A stretch of 64,000 bases of DNA. Source: Penicillus capitatus (lineage: Eukaryota > Plantae > Chlorophyta). Location: the NCBI GenBank assembly GCA_965649825.1, contig OZ287696.1:229101-293100 (forward strand), in the 5' to 3' direction. This document shows positions 13,325 to 25,640 of this stretch, one piece after another (the first letter of the stretch is position 1; every line of letters begins with the position of its first letter). The translations under genes were made by a program, and so were the position numbers. Under the pieces are notes generated by a model. It saw only the letters and a program-made list of their open reading frames with translations, did no database searches and was not told the origin of the DNA.

Positions 13325-14882
13325 ATGGACGACCGTGCTGTCCATCGCGTCCGCCAACACTACGACCGTCATGCCAACGCCGGATCGAGTCAAGAAGTGT
13401 GACCTACTGCGGTGCCGGAAAGAGTGAGAAGGTCTGTTCGAAGGCGCTCCGCAGAAGACGACAAGGACCTGCTCTACCACTCAAGAGATTTCATAACCTT
13501 ATCAAAGAGAGACTCATTCACAGGTCCTCGCCGTTGTCTCTTCTCTCTCTGTCTGCACCATCTCGTCCAGGTTTTGTTTCGGAGTCGGCAGTGTTTTGGA
13601 CCTCTGCTGTGGGAGAGGCGGCGACATTCGCAAATGGGCCGTTTCCAAAGTGAGAATCCTGCACCGTACATGAGCTCTGCCTTCTGGTATTTATCCTTAT
13701 GTATCGCGGCACGGCAGGTGCGTTACGTCAAGGGCATCGACCTATCGGCAGAAGAGATTCGTGAAGCCAAGAGGCGATGGTCCGAGTACTCAGAATCAAG
13801 TACCATCTCCAAGAGATCATCCACATCGATACCATCCGAACATTGTCTGATCAGATACCAATACCACATTGCACATCGAATTTGAGAGTTCGGACATTCT
13901 GGGCAGGGGATTGTACACCGATGATCGCGAATCCTACGACGCTGTCACCTGTTTCTTCGCCCTGCACTACTTTACGGTGACCGAATCGGCCATCGACAAT
14001 CTGCTGCTCAACGTATCGAGAAATCTGAAGATGGGTATGCCGATGCTGTGTGCCACAAGTGTGTACTGGATGTTGCGATCAGGTGGTTACTTCGTATGTA
14101 CATGTCCGGATGGAAAACGCGTGATCTCTGCATTGACGCAGTCCACAGATCGGAAGAAACTACAGACGCCTATGCTGACGATTGTACCAAAATGGAGCGT
14201 ACGATTCGAGCCTGGCATGCGATCCTGGTAAACTGTAGGCGTTTGTTAGGGAAGCTATCAGTGTTTTGGCACCGCTTTTACCTGTTCCATCACAGACACG
14301 GTGACAGAAGGGGCAGCGAATGTTGACGGCTCGTATGAGTATCTCGTCTTTACGACACCCCTGAAGCACATCGGTGCGAAATTTGGCTTAAAGCTGGTCA
14401 GTCAAGAATCTCAGAGATGCATGACACTCGGTATCTGTGTCTATAGATATCTGATTATAAAGACGAAGGATTGAACAGACTCTTCGATAAAGTGTGACAT
14501 TGGTGGATGGATCGACGAAGTGTCACGGGTTTCGTGTTGTAGGGAGACGAACAGTCGGGATTCAAACACTTTCGACCACAGTTCCGTCAATCGGATCCTT
14601 CTCTAGAACTGGTCGTGCCTCCCTTGTATAAGATTGCTGTAGTGATGAGGGGTTTCGTAGGCCAGCGCTCTCAACATGGCATTTGTGTTTCAGAAAGTAG
14701 CAGATGTCACATCAGGAGAGCGAGATTACAGCCTTGCAGAGATTGAAAAGCTTCCGACGACTTTGCCTTCTTATCAAGAGGCAGTGCCTTCCGAGGTCGT
14801 GACCACCAAAAAGCGAAAGGGCATCGTACAGGACAGCCCAGAAACAAAGGCAGTCAGCGGTGCACCAAAGAAATCCAGGTGA
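13325..14882 (+). CDS. RNMT: mRNA cap guanine-N7 methyltransferase (Abd1/RNMT family)
   Basis: MDDRAVHRVRQHYDRHAN...LKRFHNLIKERLI|...VLDLCCGRGGDIRKW|VRYVKGIDLSAEEIREA; YDAVTCFFALHYF; GGYFVCTCPDG. Confidence 0.92.
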
Positions 14883-15122
14883 TGTGACGTGGCATGGCGT
14901 CTCGTCTTTCTCGATCTCTTCCCACAGGACGCACGAAATGCCAGATGACAAGCAAAAAGCTAACGGCGTTCTCTATTATGCAGAATAAGTGAGTGGAGAG
15001 TGTCCATCCACTATCTGTCCATGATCCTCGTGCAGTTTGTTTGTTTGTTTGTTATTCATTTGCATCGAGTTCCATCGTGTGATCTCATTGTGCGAATGTT
15101 CGTACAATATATGGGAAAAGCC

Positions 15123-16944
15123 TTAAGGCCGTTGTAAGCAATACTCTTCTGGATCAACCATTTTCAGACCAATGTTCGACCGTTCCTTCCAGTACAGATC
15201 CTTATGCTCCAGAATGTCAAATGCCATTTGCTCCGAAGGCTTCACAGGCCTTGGACGATTGTCATAGTGGATCCTGCACACACAAACATCTCTTCTGCCA
15301 AAATGGAATCGGAGGAGACTCGTGGATGTGTTTTTTCTTGAGGCTCGTGAGAATCGCGCCTGCCTGGCGCAGAGCGTCGTGCGTGAAAAGCGCATAGCCT
15401 CCGCACGACTGGGGAAACTTGTTCATGAGATTCTTGGATAGTGTGGCAAACAATCCGTCCTCTGTTTGCCTGCTCAACTTTTCCAGTTCTTTCTTGGAAT
15501 CGTCGCTCTCGATCTACAACCATGATACGGGATGTCTTCTTGCTGTGCTGGTATCGATGCACGCACATCTTTGCTTTGGAGTCGATGGCGCATTCGCTGT
15601 ACATCGTAAGCAAGCATAGGCGCTGCAATAACAGCCACCATTGTCGCGTCATCCAGCAATTGTTGTCTCTGCTTCCGTTTTTGATCGCAGACTTCTAGGA
15701 GCTCAAAGAAAAAGTCCGATTGGTTTCCATCCCTAGCATCCAGAAAACCGACAGTCCGCATGGGTCATGCAGAAGAGTAAGCTGACGACCGAGGACATTC
15801 CTTCGCTGTCAAATACTCGGCATATGCTGGTAACAACCAGTCAAGGATCTCATACTTCCACATGACTTTGAAGGCTGCTGTCAGAGATCCGTAAGTGAGA
15901 ATGGTATTCAGCTCGTGGCGCACTCGCGACTGAGAGCATCCATCAGCCACCAGGCGCATGTAGCATGCGTTCGTGGAATACCTGTGGTAAGTTGGCCAGA
16001 AGCTTTACGTTTTCTCGCATGGCCGTGCCAATTAGATCATCGATTTCGAATCTAAGCCTGGAACTGAAGCGAATTGCTCTCAGAATTCGGGCGGGGTCTT
16101 CTTTGAAGGACTCGGCTGGATCTTTGAGGCATTTGAGCTTCTTGTTCTTCAGGTCATTGTATCCATTGGCGTAATCAAACAGCAACTGGGCGCATGGCTC
16201 ATACATCATGGCATTTACTGTAAAATCCCGTGAAAAGGCATTCAGATATCGAACCATGGACCAAGTGATGGGACTCTTGCCCGTCTGCTCAGCGTCCAGT
16301 TCTTTCGCTGCTCTCTGGACAAGTCACACCATTCGCCGACGATGGTTAAGCAACGCAGTACTTTGTGTCTGTGGACACTCTTGTCCAAATCGGGTGGGAG
16401 AGTGTATTCCTGCATGTGCGTGTAGAAGCTGGACACCTCAACTGTACCCGATGGCATCATGACCAGACAGATGGGAAACCGCTTGCCAACGATGACACAT
16501 TTATGGAAAATGCCTTTTACCTGAATACATACCTAGATCTCACTCTTTTTCAATGATCATCTCACTCACTTCATGTAGCTCAGCGCTAGTAACGACATCA
16601 ATATCTTTTGGGACCATCTTGGTGCAGAGATCTCTTACTGTCCCACCGACAAAGAAAGCTTCGTGACCTAGTCGTCAACACAGAAGCACAGCGAGATCGT
16701 TTGAACAAGGACCCTTGTGGGCTTCACCGTGTTTCTTTAGTCTCCAGATGACGCACAGACCATAGTGTGGGATCGCGTCATGTTCTATGGGGTGCTGTCC
16801 ATCTTCGAAAATGCGTCCTCGACCTTTGGTCTCCGAATCGAATTCGGTAATGGATCGGTGATAATCTTCAAGAGAAAAAGCGCGGATCCGGGTTAAAAGA
16901 AAACTAGCGTGGCGTCTGCAACGAGCGCTCAGGAGTGAAAACAT
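15123..16944 (-). CDS. Bacterial-type (PcnB-like) poly(A) polymerase with N-terminal organellar targeting-like peptide
   Basis: FVGGTVRD..DIDV, PAP signature IVGKRFPICLV, RDFTVNAMMY, EDPARILRAIRF; N-terminus MFSLLSARCRRHASFLLTRIRAFS. Confidence 0.9.
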
Positions 16945-17136
16945 CGACCGAGCTTTTTGGGTTCTGATGTGACGTCTGCGTCCTTCCACTTCAAGTCCCT
17001 CATCTACCTCAGGTCCCTCGCCTGACAGCGACAAATCGTGTATAAGAGGAAATTCTGGCACAGTCGATCGAAATGGATCCAATATGGACAGAATACATTA
17101 CTCTATCTATGTGCATTCGTCCGTGAGGGATATGAC

Positions 17137-18512
17137 ATGACTAGCACTTCATCTGACTGCAGTGAACTCACTCTCTTAGCCTCTCTCACCGCAGTTATAC
17201 CATAGCTATAATCTCATGCGATGGTGATGGTGATGTGACAGTATGAGACTGCTGCCCGAAGCGTACCTAGCGTATCACGGTTCGACAAGCGTGAACTCAA
17301 TGCGAATTTCTCAAATCAGCAACCGCATTGACAGCCTACGATTTAAGAGCGCTGTAACTGTGACTGTGACTGTAAAGAGAGTCCATTCCTCAACGCTGTC
17401 TGCCAACCGGCAATGGATTTCGTGGCACGAGTCCCTTGGCTCGTCTGGACGCTGTTGATGGTGCGTCGAAGATGTTGGACGAAACCCTCAACCAGCAAAT
17501 GTCATGGATTTAGATAGTGTCCGTTGTGTATGTCATCATCGGAGCACAAGCCTTCGGTATCCTTGGTGATGTGTGTCCATGATGCTTCAACGTTCTCTCT
17601 CCCTGAACGTCTCGCTGGCAGATTGAAGATCTCTACGACAATGTAGAAGATGGTAATTACAAAGACCAAGTGAAAGCCAATTTACGAGGCGGACGGGCTG
17701 CACTTGTGTTAAGCATGATTGCAGTGATCATTTACGCGGCCTACACTTTTGTCATGACCTACAAGTGGACACACAGCGTATGACCGATGGCATCTTTCGA
17801 TGCATCTGGCTTTGTAGGAGGTGGTTCAGCGAGGCAACATTGAAAGGCGTCATGTAAGAGACCGCTTCATCGACTGAGATGTCATGCAGCATGAAGCTTT
17901 CAGGTTTGGAATCTTGCTGACGGCATCCCTCTATACCTCTGTATTCATGTTGCTCACTGGGATCATATTGGAGGCCAATGATCTGATCGTGTGATCTGAA
18001 TGTCGATGATCGCATGGATAACGTGCTGTTCTGTTGTAGGTAGACGACTCGCGCTCCGATGAGACGCTCCGAACATTCCGAGCGTCCTTTGTCATTGCCT
18101 ATGCAATGACAGCTGTCTATGTACTCTTGTGTTTATTCCACCTGTATCGGCGGATGTATCTTGTGAATGGTCCGTTCTCATGCGGAGGACGGTGTCATAC
18201 AAATGTCCCTGTCGTTTGTAGATTGGCCGCCGTCTGGCGGAAACATGGCGGTGGGCATGACATCCAACGTGCCACGAGGAGCTGTGTAAGCATGTATGGC
18301 AGATAGGATGGTGTGGCAGATTAGTGGAAGAATAGACAGAAGCTGTCGAACTCGTGTTTTTATATGTAATATGTCATCATCTGTTGGAAACAGTTGAGAA
18401 TCGTAGCACGAGTGTCCAGAGGAATGATGGGTTTCTAGAAACCGCATGCATCCGTGACGTGGGGTCAGTCAGCATTGTCGATTCTTTCAATGCGAATCTT
18501 ACGTCGACATAA
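17137..18512 (+). CDS. Hypothetical 4-TM membrane protein, paralog A
   Basis: Spliced: VPWLVWTLLM|IVSVVYVIIGAQAFGILGD|IEDLYD...RGGRAALVLSMIAVIIYAAYTFVMTYK|RWFSEATLKGVM|FGILLTASLYTSVFMLLTGIILEANDLI|VDD..FRASFVIAYAMTAVYVLLCLFHL; both termini approximate. Confidence 0.62.
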
Positions 18513-18719
18513 ACAACGTTTCCTTAAACCAGGTCAGTATTCCTTGCGGAATGTGGATAAGAGTCGAAGGTGCAACATACATGTCCACAACTGGAGGGAT
18601 ACCGCACCGATTCACGGTCGCTGCATATCCTCCACTTCGAAAGACAAATTGAGCGTCACACAGATCGTCATGATGCGTCATTGCAGTCAAAAGAGCTTTG
18701 CCTATCCTCAATCCACTTT

Positions 18720-19428
18720 TCAGCCGACGAAGAAAACGAAGGGGATGTTCAATTTGGACTGTGACGAAATCGACATCTCAGTAGTCGTCAATCGAGACGG
18801 AGACAATTTTGGCATCAATGCTTTCCTGCAATGCCATATCGCGTGAACACACGTCCTCGTGGAATAAAGGCCTCACCGTGAGTGGAAGAGAAGTGCCCTC
18901 AATCTCCGACTGGTCCAAGGTCGAACAAGACGAGAGATTGTCCGTCGTATGGCAGATCAAGAGCATCGATATTTTGCAGGATTTGACCATCACGCCACCC
19001 ACAAAAGTCATGGAGCAAGTGGCAGTGTCGAACCTACAGAGATGACGCATCGATGCGACTGAAGCAGTCCATCCGCGAAGGCGAACAGTTTGTTTCCGCA
19101 TTCGGTGACTTCTTCATAAGAGTTTGCCAGAAGTTCTTTCAGCTTCTTTTCCAAACCGGTCGTCGAGAAGAGCGCAGATGCGTCGTACTGGAAGCCAACC
19201 TAAAGAAAGGCAATGGGCGTAACATGTGTGTGAAGAGTGCAGGGGGAATAGGTCAGCGTACGTTGAAACTACACTTGCGACCATCTACAACAACAGCGAA
19301 AATGCGTCGTCATGGAAATCGATGGCGGCGTGGTTACCGTTGTAGGCTAAGGACCCTTGAGTCAAAGCAGCGTTACAGCTGATGGCGACGGCGCACAGGG
19401 CGAGGAAGACAGCGACGTGTTTGGCCAT
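18720..19428 (-). CDS. Small secreted hypothetical protein
   Basis: Signal peptide MAKHVAVFLALCAVAISCNA, then exons ALTQGSLAYN|DGRKCSFN|VGFQYDASALFSTTGLEKKLKELL...; 3' exon structure uncertain. Confidence 0.55.
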
Positions 19429-19558
19429 TTGAAAGGCGACAAAGGCAATGCGGCTTGAGAATAAATGACGGCGTCTGAACCATCGCGTGCCGCAGGCGCC
19501 GTCTTTAATGTCGTAGCGTTTGACTAAATCTCACCTCATTTTGGCGCATTAAACACTT

Positions 19559-20817
19559 ATGTCCAGGAAACGGGTAGAAATGTGAGTGAACGCCAAAAGA
19601 GTGATCTTTGCCATTGGACACTTCACTGGACACATCACATACGGCATGCATTTGTAGTCACCATGAGATCACATTTGAGAGGACGCATGAAACTGCATTG
19701 CTGTGTCTGCCTCGATGGTGTCCGTTTCGACGACCACTCTGCAGAGTACCTAACGATGCGTTACTTCTGCGGTTGCCTTTTGCAGGGAAGATGTTGCAGT
19801 CGTGGTAGATGATGTTATCTCACGTGTCGAATGAGATCTATCTCACACAGCCTTGAATGAGAATGGGTCAAATGACGATCGCATCCAGGTCATCACATTC
19901 CTGTTCGTGTACCTGCGAATTGTGAAAAGATGGAGGCTCTTGCAAAAGCGTCTTGGGCGATATGGTTTGTTATGGCGGTGATAAAAAATCGACCCCGCTC
20001 AAAAGGATTCAGAAGGCAACTGTAGGTTATCTCACTCGTATACATCATCTTCGCCACGAAGAGTTTCCGTATCCATGGCAAAGTGCGTCGTAGAGATTGC
20101 TTTTCATATCCTTCTCATTTTGTCGTGGCGTCGCAGATTCAGGAAGCAAGCGAATATATCCGCGAAAGCGATGAGAAAGACTATTACGAAAACGGTGCTC
20201 GGGGTGGTCGCGCTGCATGTGTACTGAGTATGATGGCGGTCATCGCTTATTCAGGATATACACTGATGTATATCATAAAGTCCGCTTAGAATGCTCTGAA
20301 AAATGAAAACCCTTGACACATGGATTTCTGATATCGTTGCCAGGAACTGGGCGACAGAGGGAGCCCTCAACGGAGTGATGTGGGTTGAATTTCTTCCCCT
20401 CTGCCCCTCAGCTGGTTGATGTAGGTATGGAATATTGATCACATCTTCTCTCTACTCCTCCGCATTCATGTTGCTTGTCGGAGTGGTCTTACAAAGCAAT
20501 GATTATTTGGTGTGATCTTCCACGTTGAAGGTCGCGGGCAGATCTTGTTTTTTAGATAGATACGTTTGATAACAATCGTGGATCCGACTGGCAGAAGGAG
20601 AATACGGTTGCCTTCGCATTGGCTTACTTCTTGACGGGCGTCTATGCCTGCTTGCTTATCTTTCATATCATCCAGGGAATCTCTTCTCCGCGCAGTTAGC
20701 ATCGATGATATCACTCAATCGCCTTTTACTGCACTCGTGGTCGCAGGTCCCCTTGTGCCAACGAGGCCAGAGTCATTTGTCATCAGCAAAGAGACAAATT
20801 CTGCCTCTATACTCTGA
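19559..20817 (+). CDS. Hypothetical 4-TM membrane protein, paralog B
   Basis: ASWAIWFVMA|VISLVYIIFATKSFRIHGK|IQEASEY...RGGRAACVLSMMAVIAYSGYTLMYIIK|NWATEGALNGVM|YGILITSSLYSSAFMLLVGVVLQSNDYL|...VAFALAYFLTGVYACLLIFHI; introns match paralog A in position and phase. Confidence 0.7.
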
Positions 20818-20967
20818 TTTTTTTGATAAGATGCAGAAAATGACGACGGCGTTTGAATCGTCTGTGGTAGCGTCAGTGTCATTGCATGTCTGAAATAACC
20901 GTTATGCTGTGCGTTTGTCGATTCCTGTAATAAAAAGGAAACGATCCATTATGAGCACCATCCAAGA

Positions 20968-22851
20968 TTAAACTAACGCCAAACCGTCGATTGCTGCTCC
21001 TAGTGTCCACGACGTCTCAATGTTTTGTCCCCTGTCCAAGAGAAGTCTTGTCCAGCCAGGTAAAGATCAGAGAGGGTCGAGTGACCTGTATTTGATCTGC
21101 TTTGCCAGGTGCACCGTCTGAACCGGGTCCATTTTGAAGCCATCCATTAACAAGGTAGCGATGTAGGACACATCCATACACAGATAAGGCAGTTGACTTT
21201 CAGGAATTTTGGAGAACTGGACCTTAAGATGTCCAATAGACAGTCCACAAATTCTCTATATGTGCGTGGTGGTCATTAGAGCAATCCAATTCTATAGAGG
21301 AATAAATTGTACGTACTTTGGCTTGCTCGAGAAACTGAGTTGGCTGCATTTCCCATGTTATTGCTTCTGTTGATGCAATGATTCCAACATCCACCGCTCG
21401 ATCCCAGAAATAGGAGAATAGGTAAACTGGACGTGTGTTTCTGTTGCGTCGAATGGGACCGCCCCAGACACCGTTGAATGTACATTCCTCGATTGGCGCT
21501 GAACAAGGTTGTGTTAGATTCATCACATGTTTAATCGCCTGCCTACATGACGCAGTCACACATTTGAGAACCTCGGTTAACCCTCTCCATTGCCAACCTG
21601 CACTCTGTCTCTGTGTGGACAGATGTACTTGTCGCCATGTAGTCCTTTCCGCCATATGTATAATGTCCACTGTACCCCTGCGGAATGCACGGATTATCTC
21701 TACTGTCGCCTGCAGAAGCAGGAAGCGAAAAGATCAGCATGATAGAAGCTTCGACCTGTTAAATCAAGAATGAGTGCTCGTGCCGCCATGAGACCATAGT
21801 TGAGGTAGCTGTGCACATAGACGGATCGCTTCACGAGTCCACTGCGTACATCGACTGTACTCTCCTAAGCAACGACACCCCCAGGATCAACGATTCTAAG
21901 ATCGGCAGCGGAACTGCGTACCGTATTCGCCAGAGGTGCTCTTCCGGGCACTTCGTAAGACTCCTGAACTGATCCGCCACCCAGATCGATGGCACAGACC
22001 GTTTCGCCCAAGCCATCTAGTCTAAGCAGTGTTGATGTCATAACATCTGCACATTGGCAAAGACGGTTCACTTTTCAAGCAGGTAGTTGAGTGTCAACCA
22101 TGCATAGGCCCCTTCATATCGCCCGTCCAATATGGAAACAGCATTTGGTCGAATGGAGTAATCCGTTCTTGCCAGTTTTTCCTGAACGGCACTTAAGATC
22201 TCCTCTGCCTGATTTCCAGACAGCAACCGCAATCCAGCCGTTGCTTTCAGTTGACAGGGCGTCTCCGCCAGCGATGAAGGTGGAACAGAACTTTTGACAG
22301 CCTCCAGCAGCATCGACAGCGATTCGGCTGCTTCCTTCGGTCTTCCTGCATAAGAACTGAGGCCTGGCTCTGTTTGATGAAAGTCATCATGTTTTAAAAC
22401 CAGTCCACCACCACTCGCCACAGAAAAATGGTAGACATGGATACGACTGCCGGTGCTTCCGGCATCAAACACGACAGAATACTCTTCCCGAGTGTCTCTG
22501 TTGACAGAGACCCTGCCTCGGGGTGTCCAAAACAAAAACAGGACGATACAAACGAGCAAACTTCCAACGATGAGTCGTGTATGTCGCCGGTAAAAGGCTA
22601 CCAGTCGATATCTCGTCGTCTCTTCTTTCCTGAGCATCCCATAATTCATATCCTTGGACACCATCTTCGAAGGCATTCCTGACGACGAGGAACTGACAGC
22701 GACAGCAGGATGCATGATGACACGTGCATGATGCGCGAATTCTCCATGGGCTCAGACGGTTGAGCCGACTGATTTCTGAAGAGGCACTGTTGAGCGATAA
22801 TTCGTTTGATCCGCTCTTCCGTTTCGCGCCGTAATCTCCGCCTCTGAGCAT
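20968..22851 (-). CDS. Apyrase / nucleoside diphosphatase (GDA1/CD39 family), type II membrane protein
   Basis: Apyrase conserved regions VVFDAGSTGSRIHVYHF, KATAGLRLL, EGAYAWLTLNYLL, DLGGGSVQ, C-terminal SWTLGAA; N-terminal TM. Confidence 0.95.
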
Positions 22852-23191
22852 CAACACGAACATACATCTGTTACATGTGCCGCCGTCTATTGTCCGTGCT
22901 GTGAAGAGATTTTCGTCGACTCTTTCGTTCTGCTTCTCCGCGTTGCCGGATCTTCTGCGGCAAGGATCCAAGGTAAGAAAACGCGCCGAAAAAGAAACCG
23001 CTTTCTGTTTTTCTTGCCGCTTCTTTCTTCAACGGTCTTCCGTTCCACATGCGACTTTAAGTCCCGAGTGACGGCGCGAAGGCGATTCTGAGCTCCGGCC
23101 TCCTTTCTCAGTGTCTAAAAGACAACGCCACTCGTCCGACCGTAGATCGCTGACGGCGCCGTTGTGAATGTTCTGTAGAGTCGGAAGGAAG

Positions 23192-25411
23192 ATGCGTGTG
23201 CACCGCGTGGCGGCTGTACTTGTGGTAGGCAGCACTAACCCTGAGTCTCGCGCATCTTGTGCGGTTTGCGTTTTAGGTCGTCTCTCTTGTCTGCGCCGCC
23301 GCCTACCCAGTCTACGGTACATGTTGTCTGTTTGCAGTTCTCGTTGACAACGAAGGTCGTTTACTGGTTCAGACCCGAAAGATTATGACGGGAAGAAATG
23401 GGTATCGTCAAAGGGAGATCAAGTGAAGCACGAGTACAAGTACATCGGTGTGCGTCCCTGGGCACGTCCAGGGACAACGTACGGATCACCAAAACCTGAA
23501 GAGGTGAAACCGGCGAGAAAGAAGAAGTCAGGGAAGAGAGCGCACACGGGGGAGCATTATGCGAAAAGTGAGGAGGAACCTGAAGTGGAGATTGAAGTTC
23601 CTGAGGTGAAGACAAAGACACCCAAACATGGACATGAAACAGGGATACCAGCATCCCCCATGGCGGAACATGGTTCGAAGGTTCCTGTCTCACCGGCGTA
23701 CGAAGTTGAGCCATCTATTGAACCGATCCCACCGGTGTTGCCTGAACCGACCGAACCTCCATCTGTGGAGCCCGCGGCTGCCATGTCAGAGGAGGAACCC
23801 GAAATCTACACATATGAGATGGAACTTGAATATCCGGAAGAGATTCCGTGTGCTGTTGCCGTTGAATCTATGGTGATGCCGGAAATCTTGGAAGAAGAGG
23901 CTCCGGGTTCAATTGTTGGAATGCTCGAATATGAACTCGAAGAGGAGTATGACGTTAAGATTAAGCCTGGGCATGTCATCTTGCCGGAGGAGCCTGTAGA
24001 GGTACCTGCAGTCGCCGAGCCATCGGCACCTGCACCATTCGTCGAGCCATCGGCACCTGCACCATTCGTCGAGCCATCGGCACCTGCATCGGCGCCAGTG
24101 GTCGAGCCATCGGCACCCGCACCGGCGCCAGTGGTCGAGCCGTCTCCTTTGGTGGTCCCTGTGAAATCGCCACGCTCCAGGAAACACAGTCCCAAGCCAT
24201 CGCCACTGCACTATCATCATCCACCGAAAGTGAGTACTGTCCCGTCTCCAGTTCCTCCCAAGGCGGAGGTGAAAAAAGAGAAGACACATCGCAAAAAGAA
24301 AAAGATTACGGTCTCCCCAGCACCAAAGCCGGTGGAGGAACCCAAAGAAGTGGAAGTGGCACCTCCGATGAAGAAAAAGGCAAAGAAGCCAGAACCATGC
24401 TGCTGCGAATGTGCCAAGAAACAGCCTCCTGGATGCTATTGTTATCCAGTATTGCCAAAGAGACATTTCCCATCTTACTACAGACCCGTGTACAGTCCCT
24501 ATAGCAGGCCTGGTGCTGTCTACGAAAAGCCGCCTGTTGAACCGCAACCTCATAAACCATCGAAACCTTCCAGGGCCAAGAAGAAGATCGAGCCTGAGCC
24601 TTTGATGTCAGTGGCGCCACCGAAACACAAGAAGAAGAGTCCGGTGCCATCGCCTTTGACGTCAGTGGAGCCACCGAAACACAAGAAGAGTCCGGTGCCA
24701 TCGCCTTTGACGTCAGTGGAGCCACCGAAACACAAGAAGAGTCCGGTGCCATCGCCTTTGACGTCAGTGGAGCCACCGAAACACAAGAAGAGTCCGGTGC
24801 CATCTCCTTTGACGTCAGTGGAGCCACCGAAACACAAGAAGAGTCCAGTGCCATCGCCTTTGTCGGTGACACACGAACCAGTACTACCGCACGGCAAGAG
24901 AAAGGAGACGAGGAAATATGAGGTTGAAAAGAAGAAGACAAGACATCATGCTCAAGTGGAAGTACCTGAACCGAAGCAGATCGAGATTCCATCTCCGGCA
25001 CGCATCGAGATTCCGTCCTATCACTTCCCACAAGAGAGATATAAAGCTGGCTATCCTCATCATTACTATGGACCAGCAACTCGAGCGAAGCTGCATTGCG
25101 GTCCAGACGAGTACTGCAAGCATGGGGCGAAGAAAGAGGCAAAGAAGAAGGCGTATTATCCTTATGGCGCGGAGAAAAAGCACAAGCCAGAACCTTCGCC
25201 TCTTGTCACGCACTCGACCGAGGAAACATCCGTTGTTGAGAAACACCATGTGCTCTCTGAGAAAACAGAGACGCATACAACGGAAGAAACAAAAACGTCT
25301 AAAAAATGTAGAAGATGCAAGAAGAAATGCAAGGGATGCGAACCATGTGTAGAAGATGAGAACGGGTGTGCGGTGAAGCTGTCTACTGATGCGGTCTTGG
25401 ATCAACTCTGA
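23192..25411 (+). CDS. Secreted Pro/Lys/Glu-rich extensin/HRGP-like structural protein
   Basis: Signal peptide MRVHRVAAVLV|VVSLVCAAAYPVY over two short exons, then a ~2-kb exon with EPSAPAP repeats, KHKKSPVPSPLTSVEPP repeats and Cys clusters (CCCEC, CYCY, CRRCKKKCKGCEPC). Confidence 0.85.
24014..24145 (+). repeat. Coding tandem repeat, 27-33 nt unit (VEPSAPAPF / VEPSAPASAPV), 4-5 copies
   Basis: gtcgagccatcggcacctgcaccattc repeated directly. Confidence 0.9.
24617..24865 (+). repeat. Coding minisatellite, 51-nt unit (PPKHKKSPVPSPLTSVE), ~5 copies
   Basis: ccaccgaaacacaagaagagtccggtgccatcgcctttgacgtcagtggag near-identical copies. Confidence 0.95.
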
Positions 25412-25640
25412 GGGCACGACAGAGGTGCTGCACCTCGATTTTTGTTCAGAACACGATTTCAAACGTACAGCTTAAGAAGTGCCTTATTTTTTCTTTGTTT
25501 GGTGCATGTCAACAAATCCATTGCCAACAGAAATGCATCGCCATCATAGGATTATAAATCTTTTTCAGAGCCAATCCGAATGCTGGATCATGTGTTCACA
25601 TTCGATCGCCATTCTTGCTCTGAGAAGATGTTGTTTGCAA

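Noticed and set aside
18499-18846. Apparent in-frame TGA (18778) between two open minus-strand stretches, suggesting selenocysteine or readthrough
   Set aside because: A 40-46 nt GT-AG intron removes the TGA and ends the small secreted gene at 18720; no SECIS evidence; the region further on belongs to the + strand paralog A
17781-20289. Apparent stops ending the paralogous membrane proteins after two helices (THSV* at 17783, IKSA* at 20289)
   Set aside because: Both stops lie inside equivalent phase-2 introns; the genes continue into two more homologous helices
24617-24865. Regular 51-nt repeat as a possible CRISPR array
   Set aside because: No unique spacers; it is an in-frame coding minisatellite in a eukaryotic gene
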